Source of the DNA: Piedraia hortae CBS 480.64
Lineage: Eukaryota
Direction: 5' to 3'
NCBI GenBank assembly: GCA_010093745.1
Contig: MU005968.1
Location: 124,001-188,000, forward strand
Length of the DNA: 64,000 nt
Of the stretch, positions 12,072-24,056 are shown one piece after another. The position numbers were made by a program, and so were the translations under genes. The notes under the pieces are model-generated. The model saw only the letters and a program-made list of their open reading frames with translations, searched no databases and was not told the origin of the DNA. Positions within the stretch are counted from its first letter, which is position 1. Every line of letters starts with the position of its first letter.

Positions 12072-15000
12072 TCAGAAGGGGACTTTGCCCGTAAGATATA
12101 AAACAGTAAAACCAGTCTCAAAGTTGGGAATAACCATTGTTCGCCCGCACGAGAACCGACCATAAGCTCGAAGCTTGCCATGGCGTTTGAACATCTTCCG
12201 ACCATTGACAGTGATCCACTCGTATGTATTGTCCAAGGCGCAGATTTGTCGGCCTTGGAATATTGAAGTTGACCTTGTCGCGGCAGAAGAGTCCGCCTGC
12301 GTTTGGGGCTGATTGTCTTCGTTGGCTGCTAACCTGTCCACGACAGGCAGGAACCTTGACGGCACAAAGCGACCATCGATAAGTATCGAACCATACAAAG
12401 GGCCCCGATCGAGTGTGCGCACAATGCACGCCTTTTCAATGTCCCATTCAGATATGCAATCCTTGGAGTCATGAGTGTAGAGCATCCGACCGTCTGCTGA
12501 GAAACATGCCTCCTTCATTGCCAATTCAGAGCTCAGTACCAGCGGGGTTTGTGACTTCGGTCCCCAGATCCTTACTGTCTTGTCGTATGATGCCGATGCA
12601 AAGTTCTGCCCATCTGGGGAAATCGCTATCGCGGAGATCTCTCTCGTATGACCGGGGAATTTTTCTCGCAGAAGTCCACGTTCCAGATCAATAGCCCATA
12701 TCTGACCGTCGCGCAAACCGCAAAGGAGTGTTTTGTTGTCTGCGGATAACGCAAGAGCAGTAGCATGGCCCGGCCTGTCTTTTAACTCTCTCAGTTCATC
12801 TGCATCCATGTCGCAAATCAACACCACATTTTTCGGGGGCAGGCTTAAGGAGGCAACAACCACGAAACGACTGTCCGGTGAGATCAGGATCTTGGTGTAA
12901 GAAATTTTTGCAAGCCTGTCATCTGTTAACCGCCGTTCGCAAATTTGCGTTTCGATGTTCCAAACGCTGAGCTGGTTATCTTTAGTCAATGAAGCCAGTG
13001 AACGTCCATCCGTTGACAGCGCAAGAGTAGCGGGACCAGTCCGATGCTGCGGGCTCTTCAAGAGTAGATCCACGTCCAGCTGTGTACTTTGTCCAGACCA
13101 ATACCCCGCCCAGATTGCCTTCCCGTCGGGCGATAATGTCATGGCTGTGACGATGTCTCCCAACCGCAGTTTCATCGGCTCTTGTTGCGTTTGAAAGTCG
13201 TAGAGATAAAGACTATCCCCGTCACCAAAAAGAACTTTCTGGCTGTCTGGCGTAACCATGAGACATTTGTTGTAAGAATTTTTCATTCGCATGATCTGCT
13301 CAACTTGGTCGGTGGTGCAGTGAAACACCGATATCGTGTCATCCACAGACCAAAAGACAACGAACTTGCGGTTTGGCGAAATGGCGATGCAGTCGATATC
13401 AGTACCAACTTGGCATAGTTTTTCAGGCCCAGCTTGTGGGCTCCATTTCCAGATGTCTGTGGATCCCGACACCAGTGTCTCGCTATCTGATGAGAAGTGC
13501 AGGCACCGCACTGGAGAGTTATGACCCTCAACCACCTGTCCGGCGTTGTTGTCGGCGTCCCAGATGTAAATCCCGCCGTTGCGCAAGCCCCAAGCGGCAT
13601 ATCGGCCGTTCGGAGAGACGGAAACGCTGAGTGCAGCGCTTTTTGCAACGTCTATTGCAAAGAATTTAACCATTTCCTCATCGTTTTCTTCATCGCTTTC
13701 TTCAACGCTTGGCAGTTTGATGTCAATTGGCCTGGCGTCGTCTTCCAAGTTCCACCTCCAATAACCTCCGGTCAACTCGGCAATGACCACAATGTCTTCT
13801 TTGGGGAACGCTGAGGCGGCGCGAAGATCAATACGTAACGACCTTTTGACCTTTCTTAAGTCAATTTCCGTACGTTTTTCTTCGGTGCCGCTTTCAACAT
13901 CCCATAGTCGCACTGTGTTGTCCACGGCAACGGTGACAAGTCGTCTCCCGTCGATTGAAGGCGTTATCGACAGTATATGGTTAGTATGCCCCCTCAGGGT
14001 TTGCAACTCAAAGCCCCAATCAGTCGCGACTGGCGCCCAAACTTGCAAAAACTCTTCCATGTCACTTCTGAAGGTATTTCGCACAACACTGTTGCTCGGC
14101 GCAAAAGCCAGTGCTGAAAGATATGTCTGAAGCGGTGTATCGCTGATCAGGTTTCTGTTTGCTGGTACCCATCTTAGCGCATCGGCGACAAAGGCGTGTA
14201 GCTTGGGCGAAGATTTCGACTGCGCACGGTTAGGCATACTCTCGGTGTACTGAAACAGAAGCAATACATACGTCGATGGCCTTTTGCAGCTGCTTTAGGC
14301 ATATTATCATTTCCCCAAGCTTGTCCAGCCACGCCATTGCCTCTGTCCAATGAAGGAAACTTGCGCGCAAGAAACGGTCGACTTGCCCGCCATCCTCAAG
14401 TGTCTTCTTGCTTTCGACTGCATGGCTGATCCAGTAGCGGCAGGCATACTGTACGGACTCTGGGATGTGCTTCTCGACATCCTCGGCGGACACACCTTTG
14501 CGTTCCGTTGCTGGATCTTTCTGCTTGCAGACGTCGCGGCCAAGCTTGTTCTTGAGCAAATTTAGACATTTGCTTATGAGAACGCCATGTACCTCTCCTT
14601 GGTCAATCCAGAATTTAGGATGGTCCTTGGGACTAGAATTCTTGAGGAACTCTCTAAAGGATTCATGATAAATCCGTACCGTGGCCCGGGAGCCCGCTTT
14701 GAACTCCTTGCCACTTGGAAACTCGATTACGGAACTCAAGGGCTTGAGAGCATTAGTAACCGTCCTAGTAGTTTCTCCCAAGAGATCCTTAAATGCTGAG
14801 ATGGTAAGAGAAGAATGGAGAAGGGCGAATGGCTTGATGACTTGGCTGAACCAACCCAGCGATCCTTTGTGATGTTTAACAGCTTGCTCCAGAACTCCAA
14901 GGTAGATCTCGTCCAACGCTGCCATGCCAGCAAAGTTCACACGATCCACCCATTCTTGAAGTTTTTGTTGCGGATCGTCGATCTCGTCCATCACGTCTCT

Positions 15001-16785
15001 CAATATTGTGGAAGCTGCGATGAAAAGAGGCTTAGATATTTCAACGAGTTTATTGACGACAAGTTCCCCTGGCCAGTCATCTTCTAGCTCATCATAGTTG
15101 GACTCATTCCAGTTCTGCTCGCGAAGCTTCCGCAGTCCATCGTTACAGAACAGTCTCAGGTCATCCTCGATCGTACTTGATTGCCAGTCTTCAAGTCTCT
15201 TGGACCGAAAATGCTTGGGATCCAATTGGCCGAGCGTGTCCAGCATGGCATTGTCCGACCGACTTGTCACGAATATCCTCAGGTTCATGGAGGTATGAGC
15301 ACTAAGCCTCAGCCAAAGTTTCATGGCTTGCCCTATTGCTCGTCTGGCGTCGCACTCATCGAGAGCATCGATGACAATCGCCCTGACATCGGTTGCAGAC
15401 CCCGTGTCATACCCTAAAAGCGGTCCCTCGATGAGCATCTCGAACTGCTTTTCCAAGGGCTTTGAAACTGCATCAGGTGAGTTGCGAGAAGCATCAGCGA
15501 TCTTGTCGCTGATGCTAGGTATGAAATAGGCCATGTGATGGGCAATGGTGGGAAACAGATATTGAGCATTGCTCAGTTCTTCGCCGACGCCGCGCTTAAA
15601 AAAGAAGCTGCCCACCAAATACCCCTGTTCCGCCAACTTATGGGCAACGGTTCGAGCAATTGTGGATTTACCTGTTCCAGCTTTCCCGGATAGCCAGAAT
15701 ACCCTTTGCTCATTGTCGGTGGTGGCCCAATCTCGTATGGTCTCTATGATATCGACTCGGGTACCGTCTAGACACAACTGAAAGTCACCATCCTGGTTGT
15801 CACCAGTGTAGTGCACCGAGTCGTAAGCCGCCTTCTTAGCGTATTGAAGAGCACTAAGATCTAGCGCTTGTTGAACGCCCTTGACTCTCTCATTGACTTC
15901 CTCCTGAGCCTTTTTCAACTCCTTGAGCTGCTCCTGGACGAAAGCCCGCTGCTCTTTAGAAACCTCATCGTTTACAGCTTGACGATGGAATTCAACAGTT
16001 GCCAGGATCCTGTCGTGTTCTTTCTCAAACTTTGGTATAACTTGACCAGTCAGAGAGTGTATCGTCCGCTTAAACGACTTCATGTCGCATGTGTGCTGAG
16101 CGTGTGCCACGAACGTCAGGTTGAGGCCGTAGAGCTTGACGATGTTGTCATACAAAGGGCGAATTGCGGGCGTCGCATCAAGCTGGCCGTATATGTCAAA
16201 ATACGCGTTCAACAAGTGGCCTGTGTCTAGCACCGTTTCGATCCCTTTCAGGATCGATTCACTTTGCTCTTGAGTTTTCTGAGTCACCTAGAGAAATAGT
16301 GTTATTCAGGGTCGCAGTTGCACAGCATTGTTGCTTACTGCCAAGAGAAAGCGGATGCCGGCCCACGGCAGACTAAGAACCTCTGGTTTGACATTCGTCG
16401 CAACGTCAACTACTGGCGCAAATTGCACGATCTGACACGCAATCTTTCTCATGCTCACAATCCATTTAGGGGGCCTTCCTGTTTCATTTTGCCTTCTCAA
16501 AGCCTCGACTTTGGCCTTGTCCCTATCGAAGTAACTATCTGAACCAAGCTGCTTCTCGACAAAGTCGCGATCTTTTTCGGCAAGACCCTTAAGGGCATCA
16601 TGCGTTAACTGGTCCTTGTCTCTGAAGGGGTTGTTTGGAGCTGGCCCGGCAGCTGAAGCATGGACGGGCGAATTGTTTGGTTGCGAGGGCTGTGCTGTGG
16701 ACGCTGAGGCTTGTGTAGCGGATGGGGGCGTATTCGGGGGCTTAGACCTCCCCTTCGACTTCCAGCGCTTCAACCTTACGGGCAT
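12072..16785 (-). CDS. Fungal NLR: NACHT_N/Goodbye-like N-terminus + NACHT + WD40 (NWD), about 1536 aa; introns 16288..16338 and 14220..14271
   Basis: LSLPWAGIRFLL N-terminal motif, P-loop GKAGTGKST, Walker B IVIDALDEC, FVTSR, IYHESFREFL, QYACRYWISH, FLHWTEAM, PLQTYLSALAFAP, and WD repeats (LRGH...VRLWD, FPGH...VRIWG). Two canonical phase-0 introns join three ORFs with no stop or frameshift. Confidence 0.93.
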
Positions 16786-17929
16786 GCTGAGTACGATGAA
16801 CGACGGTCAGGAAGGGGAACTAGGGAATGCGGGATGAGAGAGGCTCTATCGAGGGCTTCTCGAGTTCAAGGCTGAGGTCTAATGTGGCGGGGTAGGAGTG
16901 GCGTGCCTGCATGAGCCTACTGTTAGCCTGTATGAGCGGAAGATTACCTGGCAAGAAATTGGAGAGATGCTGCAGAATGACCTTTTCGTGTAACGTTGGC
17001 CACAACAGACAATCGCAACACCTTTCTATCACCACAGCCCAAGGCTGCACTCCATGATTCAATTATCCATGCTCCTTGAATGGACATTGCAACGCTACAT
17101 AGTACTGTCGTATTACAGAAAACAAGACCCCTTCGTATAGAGCAACGCTCTACTCATTCTGCACCAATGGGTTCAGATATCGAACCACTCTTCAGTAATG
17201 GTAGCATATCATACGTATCATATCCTTCACGCCCTGGTAGGATGCTTTGGAACAGCAAGGCGCTTCAGCCCAGCGATATCCCAAAACGGCTTTCAAACTT
17301 CGATAAGCTTTTCTGTCCCTTCCGTCTGCCCCGAAGAATATACAAACATTCCTGTCGTTGCACAGGCCTGAAGATGGTCAAGACATGTTATTGCTCCGAC
17401 GCCTTGAATCATATTTGCTGCTCTCTCTTTCATTGCCCACTCTGACCAAGTTGTGTCATACACGGAGGTAGCGAGGCCAATTATGGCATATGAACCATAA
17501 ATCTGGGCTTTTGTGAAGGAGAGTCTATTTCTTGTCAGGTACACCATATCGCCATTGGAGTAAGTGCAGATCGGAAAGATTGTTGGGGCTTGCAAACAGG
17601 CACATGTGGCTGCGATCAAGATGGAAGCGGACATTGCCCCCCAGACCTCTACATACAGACCCTAGGGACGACCAGGTGACAGCGAATATTGACGGGGCCT
17701 TGAATCCGTTTGAACTGCGGCGATGGGTGAACTGGGAGGCACTGAAGCAGACGGGGGCATGCTGATATGGCACAATTACTGCACGATAAGGTTGACCTGT
17801 CCGCGGCCATAAAAGTAGCACATGTTGTCGAGGAGTTTTTCACGGAGGAAGAAGAGATGGGAGTAAGAGCAAACAGCGGGTAGAGCAACAAAAATCTACG
17901 GCACCCATCTCCGCACAAATTGCCTAGGC

Positions 17930-18260
17930 TGAGCGAGTGACTCCCGAGAATTGGCGTCCCGGGTGTACATCTGTCCTGCATATGCGGGTGGCAGAAGTGA
18001 ATGCTGGACCAACTTTTGGGAGTTTCCACCGGTCCGGCAGAAATACCGAGATGGCTGGCGGAGGGGCGGGTACTGCCCGGTTGCGGGACCACCTTCTGCA
18101 GGACGAGATGAAATGACTTTATGCTGCAAGTTGGCTGCTTCCAATTGGAGTCCTCCAGCAGTTCCGGGTGGCCCTTGCCGATGAGGAGGAGGGCGGTGGC
18201 AGTATGGAAGCCATTCCAACCTGGTAAGCTGTCCACCAACGGGAGCAGTGACTGCCTGGT
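17930..18260 (-). mobile_element. Possible Tad1-LINE ORF2 inter-domain remnant
   Basis: Frameshifted pieces WWTAY..KATRNCWR..RRWSRN..YPPLRQ..LLPP loosely follow the EN-RT linker of fungal LINEs. Confidence 0.3.
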
Positions 18261-19711
18261 CTAGCCTGCGATGGAAGTGCGAAGGGTTGGATAATGAGGT
18301 TGGAGGAGGCGAGATCACACAGGCCTCCGGGAGCCACTGAGGGTACAATCTTGCTTGCAACAACTCTCACAGAGAGTGTTAGCAGACTCTTCGGGGAATC
18401 CTATAGAGATTGCATAGATATGTCCAGTCTCCAACATCGCAGGATTGTATGCGGCGAATTTAGATGCGGTAACGCAGAGACCGTGGAAAAGTATTAGGTT
18501 CACAGCGGACATTGGTCCGGGAAAATGCATCCAGAATTTACGTTGCTTGGCACACACCAGCGATTCGCCCCCTGTAGGAGTGCCTTCACTAGCTTTTCAG
18601 CTGTACGTCGCCGTTTCGGCCTTGATGTGTATCAATCGGGAGGGGTCGGTACTTAAAAATTGATCAAAAATTCGAATACTGGTATCATCCACTTGGGATC
18701 TTGCCAGTCCATTAACTACATGTGCTTAACTGTCTGCATCTAACGTTTGGCAATGCAACATACCGATGTGATGGACTTACCCTTGGAATCATCTTACCTA
18801 CAGGGCACGCTCATGAATCGATGAAGTCAATGGGGCTTTCCGTCATAGCGAATTCGGTCAAGTTGGTCATGCCCGAAGTAATGACAACAGAAGTTAGCGT
18901 GTTGATCTTAAGGGTGCCTGAAAATAGATTCGATTATACTCAAAGGTCCGCACAAGATTCGTTCTCGATTGGGAATGTTTCCTCTTGGAGGAAATACGTG
19001 GATCCCCTGCTCGTCCTGTGAAGTCAACGAATGACAAAGCCCGAGTGAGTTTGGCAAATAGCCGAGAAAAACTGCATTCTACTTGCAGTGGATTTTCTCA
19101 GAGGCAATGAGTAGCGTTGGATTCTACTCAAATCCCTTCGTCGTAGTTGTTTGATGAAGCCGTCAATTATATGTGTGATTCTGTCTTTACTGAAAAAATG
19201 GGAGCAAGGGGTAGACCTGCGTGCCAAGGCCACCCCAAATTCCGGAACAACCCGGGCAGCATGGTGAATGATCCACCAGACATCGTCCATGGGAAGGTAG
19301 ATCCCATGAAAAGTCCGGCGCACATTCACACCTGATTGAGACCAGGCGTCTGACAGCTTTGCTGGCACTTTTTTTCTCGTATAATCTAGTAGGCAATCCA
19401 GATATTGCCTGACGGTGGTAGTGCTGCCAATAGGACTACATTTAATTGGTGGGGACAATCATACTGGGGGCTGGTAATATGAGCTCACTCATTAGAATCA
19501 TGGCACAAAGCCGTATCCGAATACAAGCTCCTTCAGAGCCCCGCACCGCTGAAACGACAGAAAACAATCATTCTGAGCACATTTACCGGGAACTGGAGAT
19601 TGTACCACAAATTGATTGGTCTTTACCCCGCAAATGTTTCTGCCTTGCATCTCGCAAGGAAGTCAGCAGCCCCACAGCCACATCAAACGTAATTGGACAG
19701 GAAGTGCGGGG

Positions 19712-21900
19712 TGTTACATGCCTTGATTATTGTGATTGTGAGTAGATATGTACCTGCATACAAATCTCTACGGAAAACTAGTTGACGCGTGAAGTCGAGA
19801 GCCGAGCGCCGGTTACTAATAATGCGTGTAATATACCGCATATTCACAACACTCCCCCTTGCTGATTCGATTCAGCACTCCACGGTGCGCGGTTTCGATC
19901 AAAAGATAGGGATAGACGACCGTGCTTTGGTCAGGGAGTCTGCTTTCTGTTCTTTCGTTGGAATGTACTTGACATCCACTTTCTTCTTCTCATACTGCCT
20001 GCGACAAAAGTGGTTTCGCAAATCAACGTGCTTGGATCTTCGATGATTGTCATGGTTTTTGGTCAGCGCGATGGCTGACTGATTGTCAACGAAAATCGAG
20101 ATGCCATTCTATGATTGATTGATGTTGATATTCAATTCTTTGAAGAGATATTTCACCCACAAAAGCTCGCGACAGGTTTCAGTTAGGGCCAAATATTCAG
20201 CTTCTGTCGAAGAGAGTACCACGTCCCGTTGCGATTTTGACCTCCAGACAACGGGTGCTCCGTTTAGCAATATGAGAGATCCAGCTGTTGATCTTGACGT
20301 GGATGGGTCGCCAGCAAAGTCTGCATCGGAATATGCAACGACGTTCGTACCGTCTTGTTGCTTTCGATAAACTATGCCTTTGTCAATTGTCCCCTTTACA
20401 TATCGTAGAATTCGGCGAGCTGCTACTACATGGTCTGAGGATGGATTAGCCAAGAATCGAGCCAAGTGATTAGTAGCATGGGCAATATCAGGTCTGGTGT
20501 GGTTCGACAGGTACTGCAAGCCTCCGACCAGCTGGTTGTATTCCTTGAGTCTTGCTGACGGTGCCTCTTTGTCTGAATTGGGCTCACACATTCTTTCCAA
20601 TGGTGTCTGGGCTGGTTTACATTCTTCTAGGCCGTGTCGTTTTAATAGCTTCAAAGCATAGTGCGTTTGACAAAGCTTGATTTCATTATTACTTTCTTGA
20701 ATTTCTATGCCCAGGTAGAGGTTGTTGGTGACGACTTTCATCTGATATGCTTGGTGAAGTCCGGCGACCACTCTGTCCAGCTCGTTCTTGTATTTGCTGA
20801 AGATCTGCAAGTCGTCAACGTGCATGATGATGTAGGCGGTTTTGGACTTATTGACGTACAAGCAGGCATCCGAATCTGTTCTGCGGAATCCCAGGCGTCG
20901 TAATGTTGCTCTTGCATGGTCATACCAAAGTGCGGCCGATTGTTTAAGGCCGTAAAGTGCTTTGTGCAAGCGAATGATTTTCCCTGGCTGCTTGAATCTC
21001 TCTGGCATTTCAATGTAGAGTTCGACGTCTAAGTCTGGGTTGAGGAATGCAGCGGCTACATCCATCTGAATTCTATGCCAATTATGCTGTATTGCCAGTC
21101 CGAGAAGGACTCTTCCAGTTGCTGCCCTGGGAGTTGGCGCAAAAGTTTCAGTGTAATCTGCGCCGGCGACTTGGGTATAGCCCCTAGCAGTCCACCGTGC
21201 TTTGTATTTTTCAACAGATCCGTCGGGATTATGCTTCTTCGCAAGGACCCATTTCCCTGTCATCACCTTTCGGTGCTTTGGCAACTCTGTTCTGTCAATC
21301 ACCTCAATGGTTCCGGATTCTTGCAGAGAGTCGATTTCGGCCTGCGCCGCTGCTTTCCACTTGGCCGCATCAGGGCTTTTGACTGCTTCTTGGAGTGTTC
21401 TTGGAATACCTTGCGCTGCTGCTGCTGTCATGGTTGGGATGTTTCCTGGGAATATGTCTTCGCCGGTATTCAACCGCTTGTAATCATGCTTGACCACTGA
21501 TCTTCCAGATCTTGTCCGAGCACGTTCTTCTAGTGCTGGCGACGGAGGAGGAGAGTGTGGCCGTTTCTCACCCGCATATCTAGGTGGTTCAAATGGTAAC
21601 ATCAGCGTGTCGATGATCTCTTCTGACTCGTCTGGAAACTCATCCATTTGATAGTCCTGTGCAGTTTGGACTTCAGTTTCCATTGGTTCCCTAACAACGA
21701 GCGCGTTTTGGGCGTTGCTGTCTTCGCTTTCAGCTTGAGATTGCACTTCGTCAGTTGTCGCCTCATAGTCTGACATGTTGATTTTCTCTGCTAGCTGTAA
21801 GGAGACCGGGGAATGATATTCGACTAGTTCCTGATGTTGCTCCCCCTGTTCCACGACTTTCTCTTCATTTTCGTTCGCAGGTCCACGTTCTCCAATTCCA
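19712..21900 (-). mobile_element. 5'-truncated Ty1/Copia retrotransposon (RT + RNase H, PPT, candidate 3' LTR 19712..19851)
   Basis: PRTLQEA, KWVLAKK, YKARWTARGYTQ, QMDVAAAFL, LYGLKQ, HVDD, TRPDIA, YSDADFAGD and STEAEY. Past the single stop at 20109 it continues DNQSAIAL..SKHVD..ADSLTK. A PPT (AAGGGGGAG, 19852..19860) is followed by TGTTG, with a candidate end TAACA at 19712. Confidence 0.92.
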
Positions 21901-24056
21901 AATTTACCCGGGTCTTCCTGATCGCTTCGCAAACATTGATGCAATAAAACGCCTTAGCAAAAATTTAACAGGCAACCATGTGCAACATCCAGGTCTGCGA
22001 GATGCTGCGACGGTAGGTGTGAGGTTCCAAAGGGCTGATGACTGGTTTCATAGTGGTCTCGCCGAGGACAGACCTCTTCCTAGCACACTACACAACCTTT
22101 CGTCCTTTCCATATATGTACGATAGGTGTGTCTGCTGCAGAATGACAGTCTGGTATGACCGTTCCGTTCACGATAAACGCAAGTTTGCATTGACGCCACG
22201 ATCACTGTAACGGGGGCAGGCTCCTTACAGGTTGTTTGTTTAGCGACATACGCAAGTGGGCTTCAAGTTTGTCAAAGTATACAGTCGAACCTAGTTATAT
22301 GATAGCGTATCTATCTGCCGTGAGATTCTTCAAACACTGCACTGAAAATTGATGCTGCAATTGAAATGTCTGAAGCGACGGCGTCTAATACAAGAACTGG
22401 CCTGCACGAATGACCAATAGAATCTACCACAGCCTTCAGTTAGGACAGTTTCCATTCGTCAACTTGGCAGGCCAACATCAAGAGTCTTTTTCTGGGCATA
22501 GATGTGTCCTTGACAGTTTTTCAGACACAATGATTCGAGCATATTCATGGGAGTAGATTTGTCAGTTGTCCCATGAACTCAGGATGTTATACTGCTTACA
22601 GGACGCTGGCATTCCGTAAACATGAAGGCGATAGGCTACATTGCAGCCTGAGCCCTATCTGCAACTATCTTGCTTCCTTATTCAGCCACTGACAGGAACA
22701 CAATGGGCGCTGACGTATGCTCATGCCGCGTAGAGCAGACTGATTCCATGTGATAGACAGGCAAATTATCCCTTGGCGACTATTCTGTTGGACTCGATGT
22801 TGCTGTGGTTTGAGAAAGGAAGAGAATGTTCGAGTTTCTTGGCATAGGAAGGTTGCATGGCAATAAAACAGTCATCAACAATCGAGCGATTGCCGTGTGT
22901 AAATTTTAGGGGTCCAGACTCGTCTGCTCAAGCTGGTGGAGAAAGATTGCACACTGTTCTTGTCTGACTAATCTTCATTCATACAAGGCGTGTTATGCAT
23001 GGTACCTATCGTGGTCCTGGACGGGGACTTTTCAGTGCGCCCAGACCGGCAGGAGCGGACCGTTCCGAAACTTGCTGTTCCGGAAATAACCGTGACAGAA
23101 ACCCGATTGCTTAGATGAATTGGCTTGCAACAGGGGCACATTGGGATCAGCCATATCGGAGCTCATTTGATGACGCACGGCCAGCGCGATGATGCAGCAT
23201 AGGGAGTTGTTACAAGCCGTCGAACATGGGTTTTGGTGAACTCGAGGCCGTAGATATAGAGGCTCCTATGCCCGACCTTATATCGAGTAACGACCTTTAC
23301 TCACATATATGATCTATGGACAAAGTCCTGATGGTACTGCTGAGTGATTGTGCTAGTGCTGATACTAACATGCAGAAAGCAATGTTCACATCGCTGTGAG
23401 ATTCAACCACTATTTCAGTGGGCATTGTCGTTGGCTAGACCAGGTTTGAGGAACAATGATGTTCATTTGCCAACTGGTGGTCGCTGCAGGAGCTAAAACA
23501 ATGGTGTGACAGTGACAGCTGCCAGGGTCTGTCCAGGATGATCTTCGTCAGCCTTGACGAATTGCATGAGAACCCTTGTCCAGCTGTCACTTCTACTTGC
23601 ATCTACAGTATGGTTTATCTTGACATGTAAAGCTGCAGACAACACGAACTGAAAACCAGTCACATTACACGAGTCTGTTTGTTTGAAACGCGAGGTCGAG
23701 TCAAAGGCTTCACAATAGAGATCATTGCACAGCCGTAGGCAAGTGAAAGCGTATGGTGGTCCGTGCGATGTCATTAGTCAGCTTTCCAACGACCACGCCG
23801 CGGCCGACTTCACCGCTGCAAGTCAGAGCAACTGCCACGTCTACCATTACTGTGTTGGACTGTTAGGTGCAGGAAAAGTCTGTAGGTCCCTGTCAGTCTC
23901 CGGGCAAAGCACCTGCCAGTTTTGAGGAGGGCTTGTGTGGCCAAAGGGTGAATGTGCAGAAGGCTTTCACAGCTGTTTTCTCAAAAGACAATAGATACGA
24001 GTGACGTTTGCCTGAAGGCGCTCCTGTCACGAGACACGGGTGCCGTGACTCCCACA

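Noticed and set aside
8000..23900. Starship element carrying the NLR
   Set aside because: No DUF3435 tyrosine recombinase or terminal repeats recognised; cannot be excluded because of the gap.
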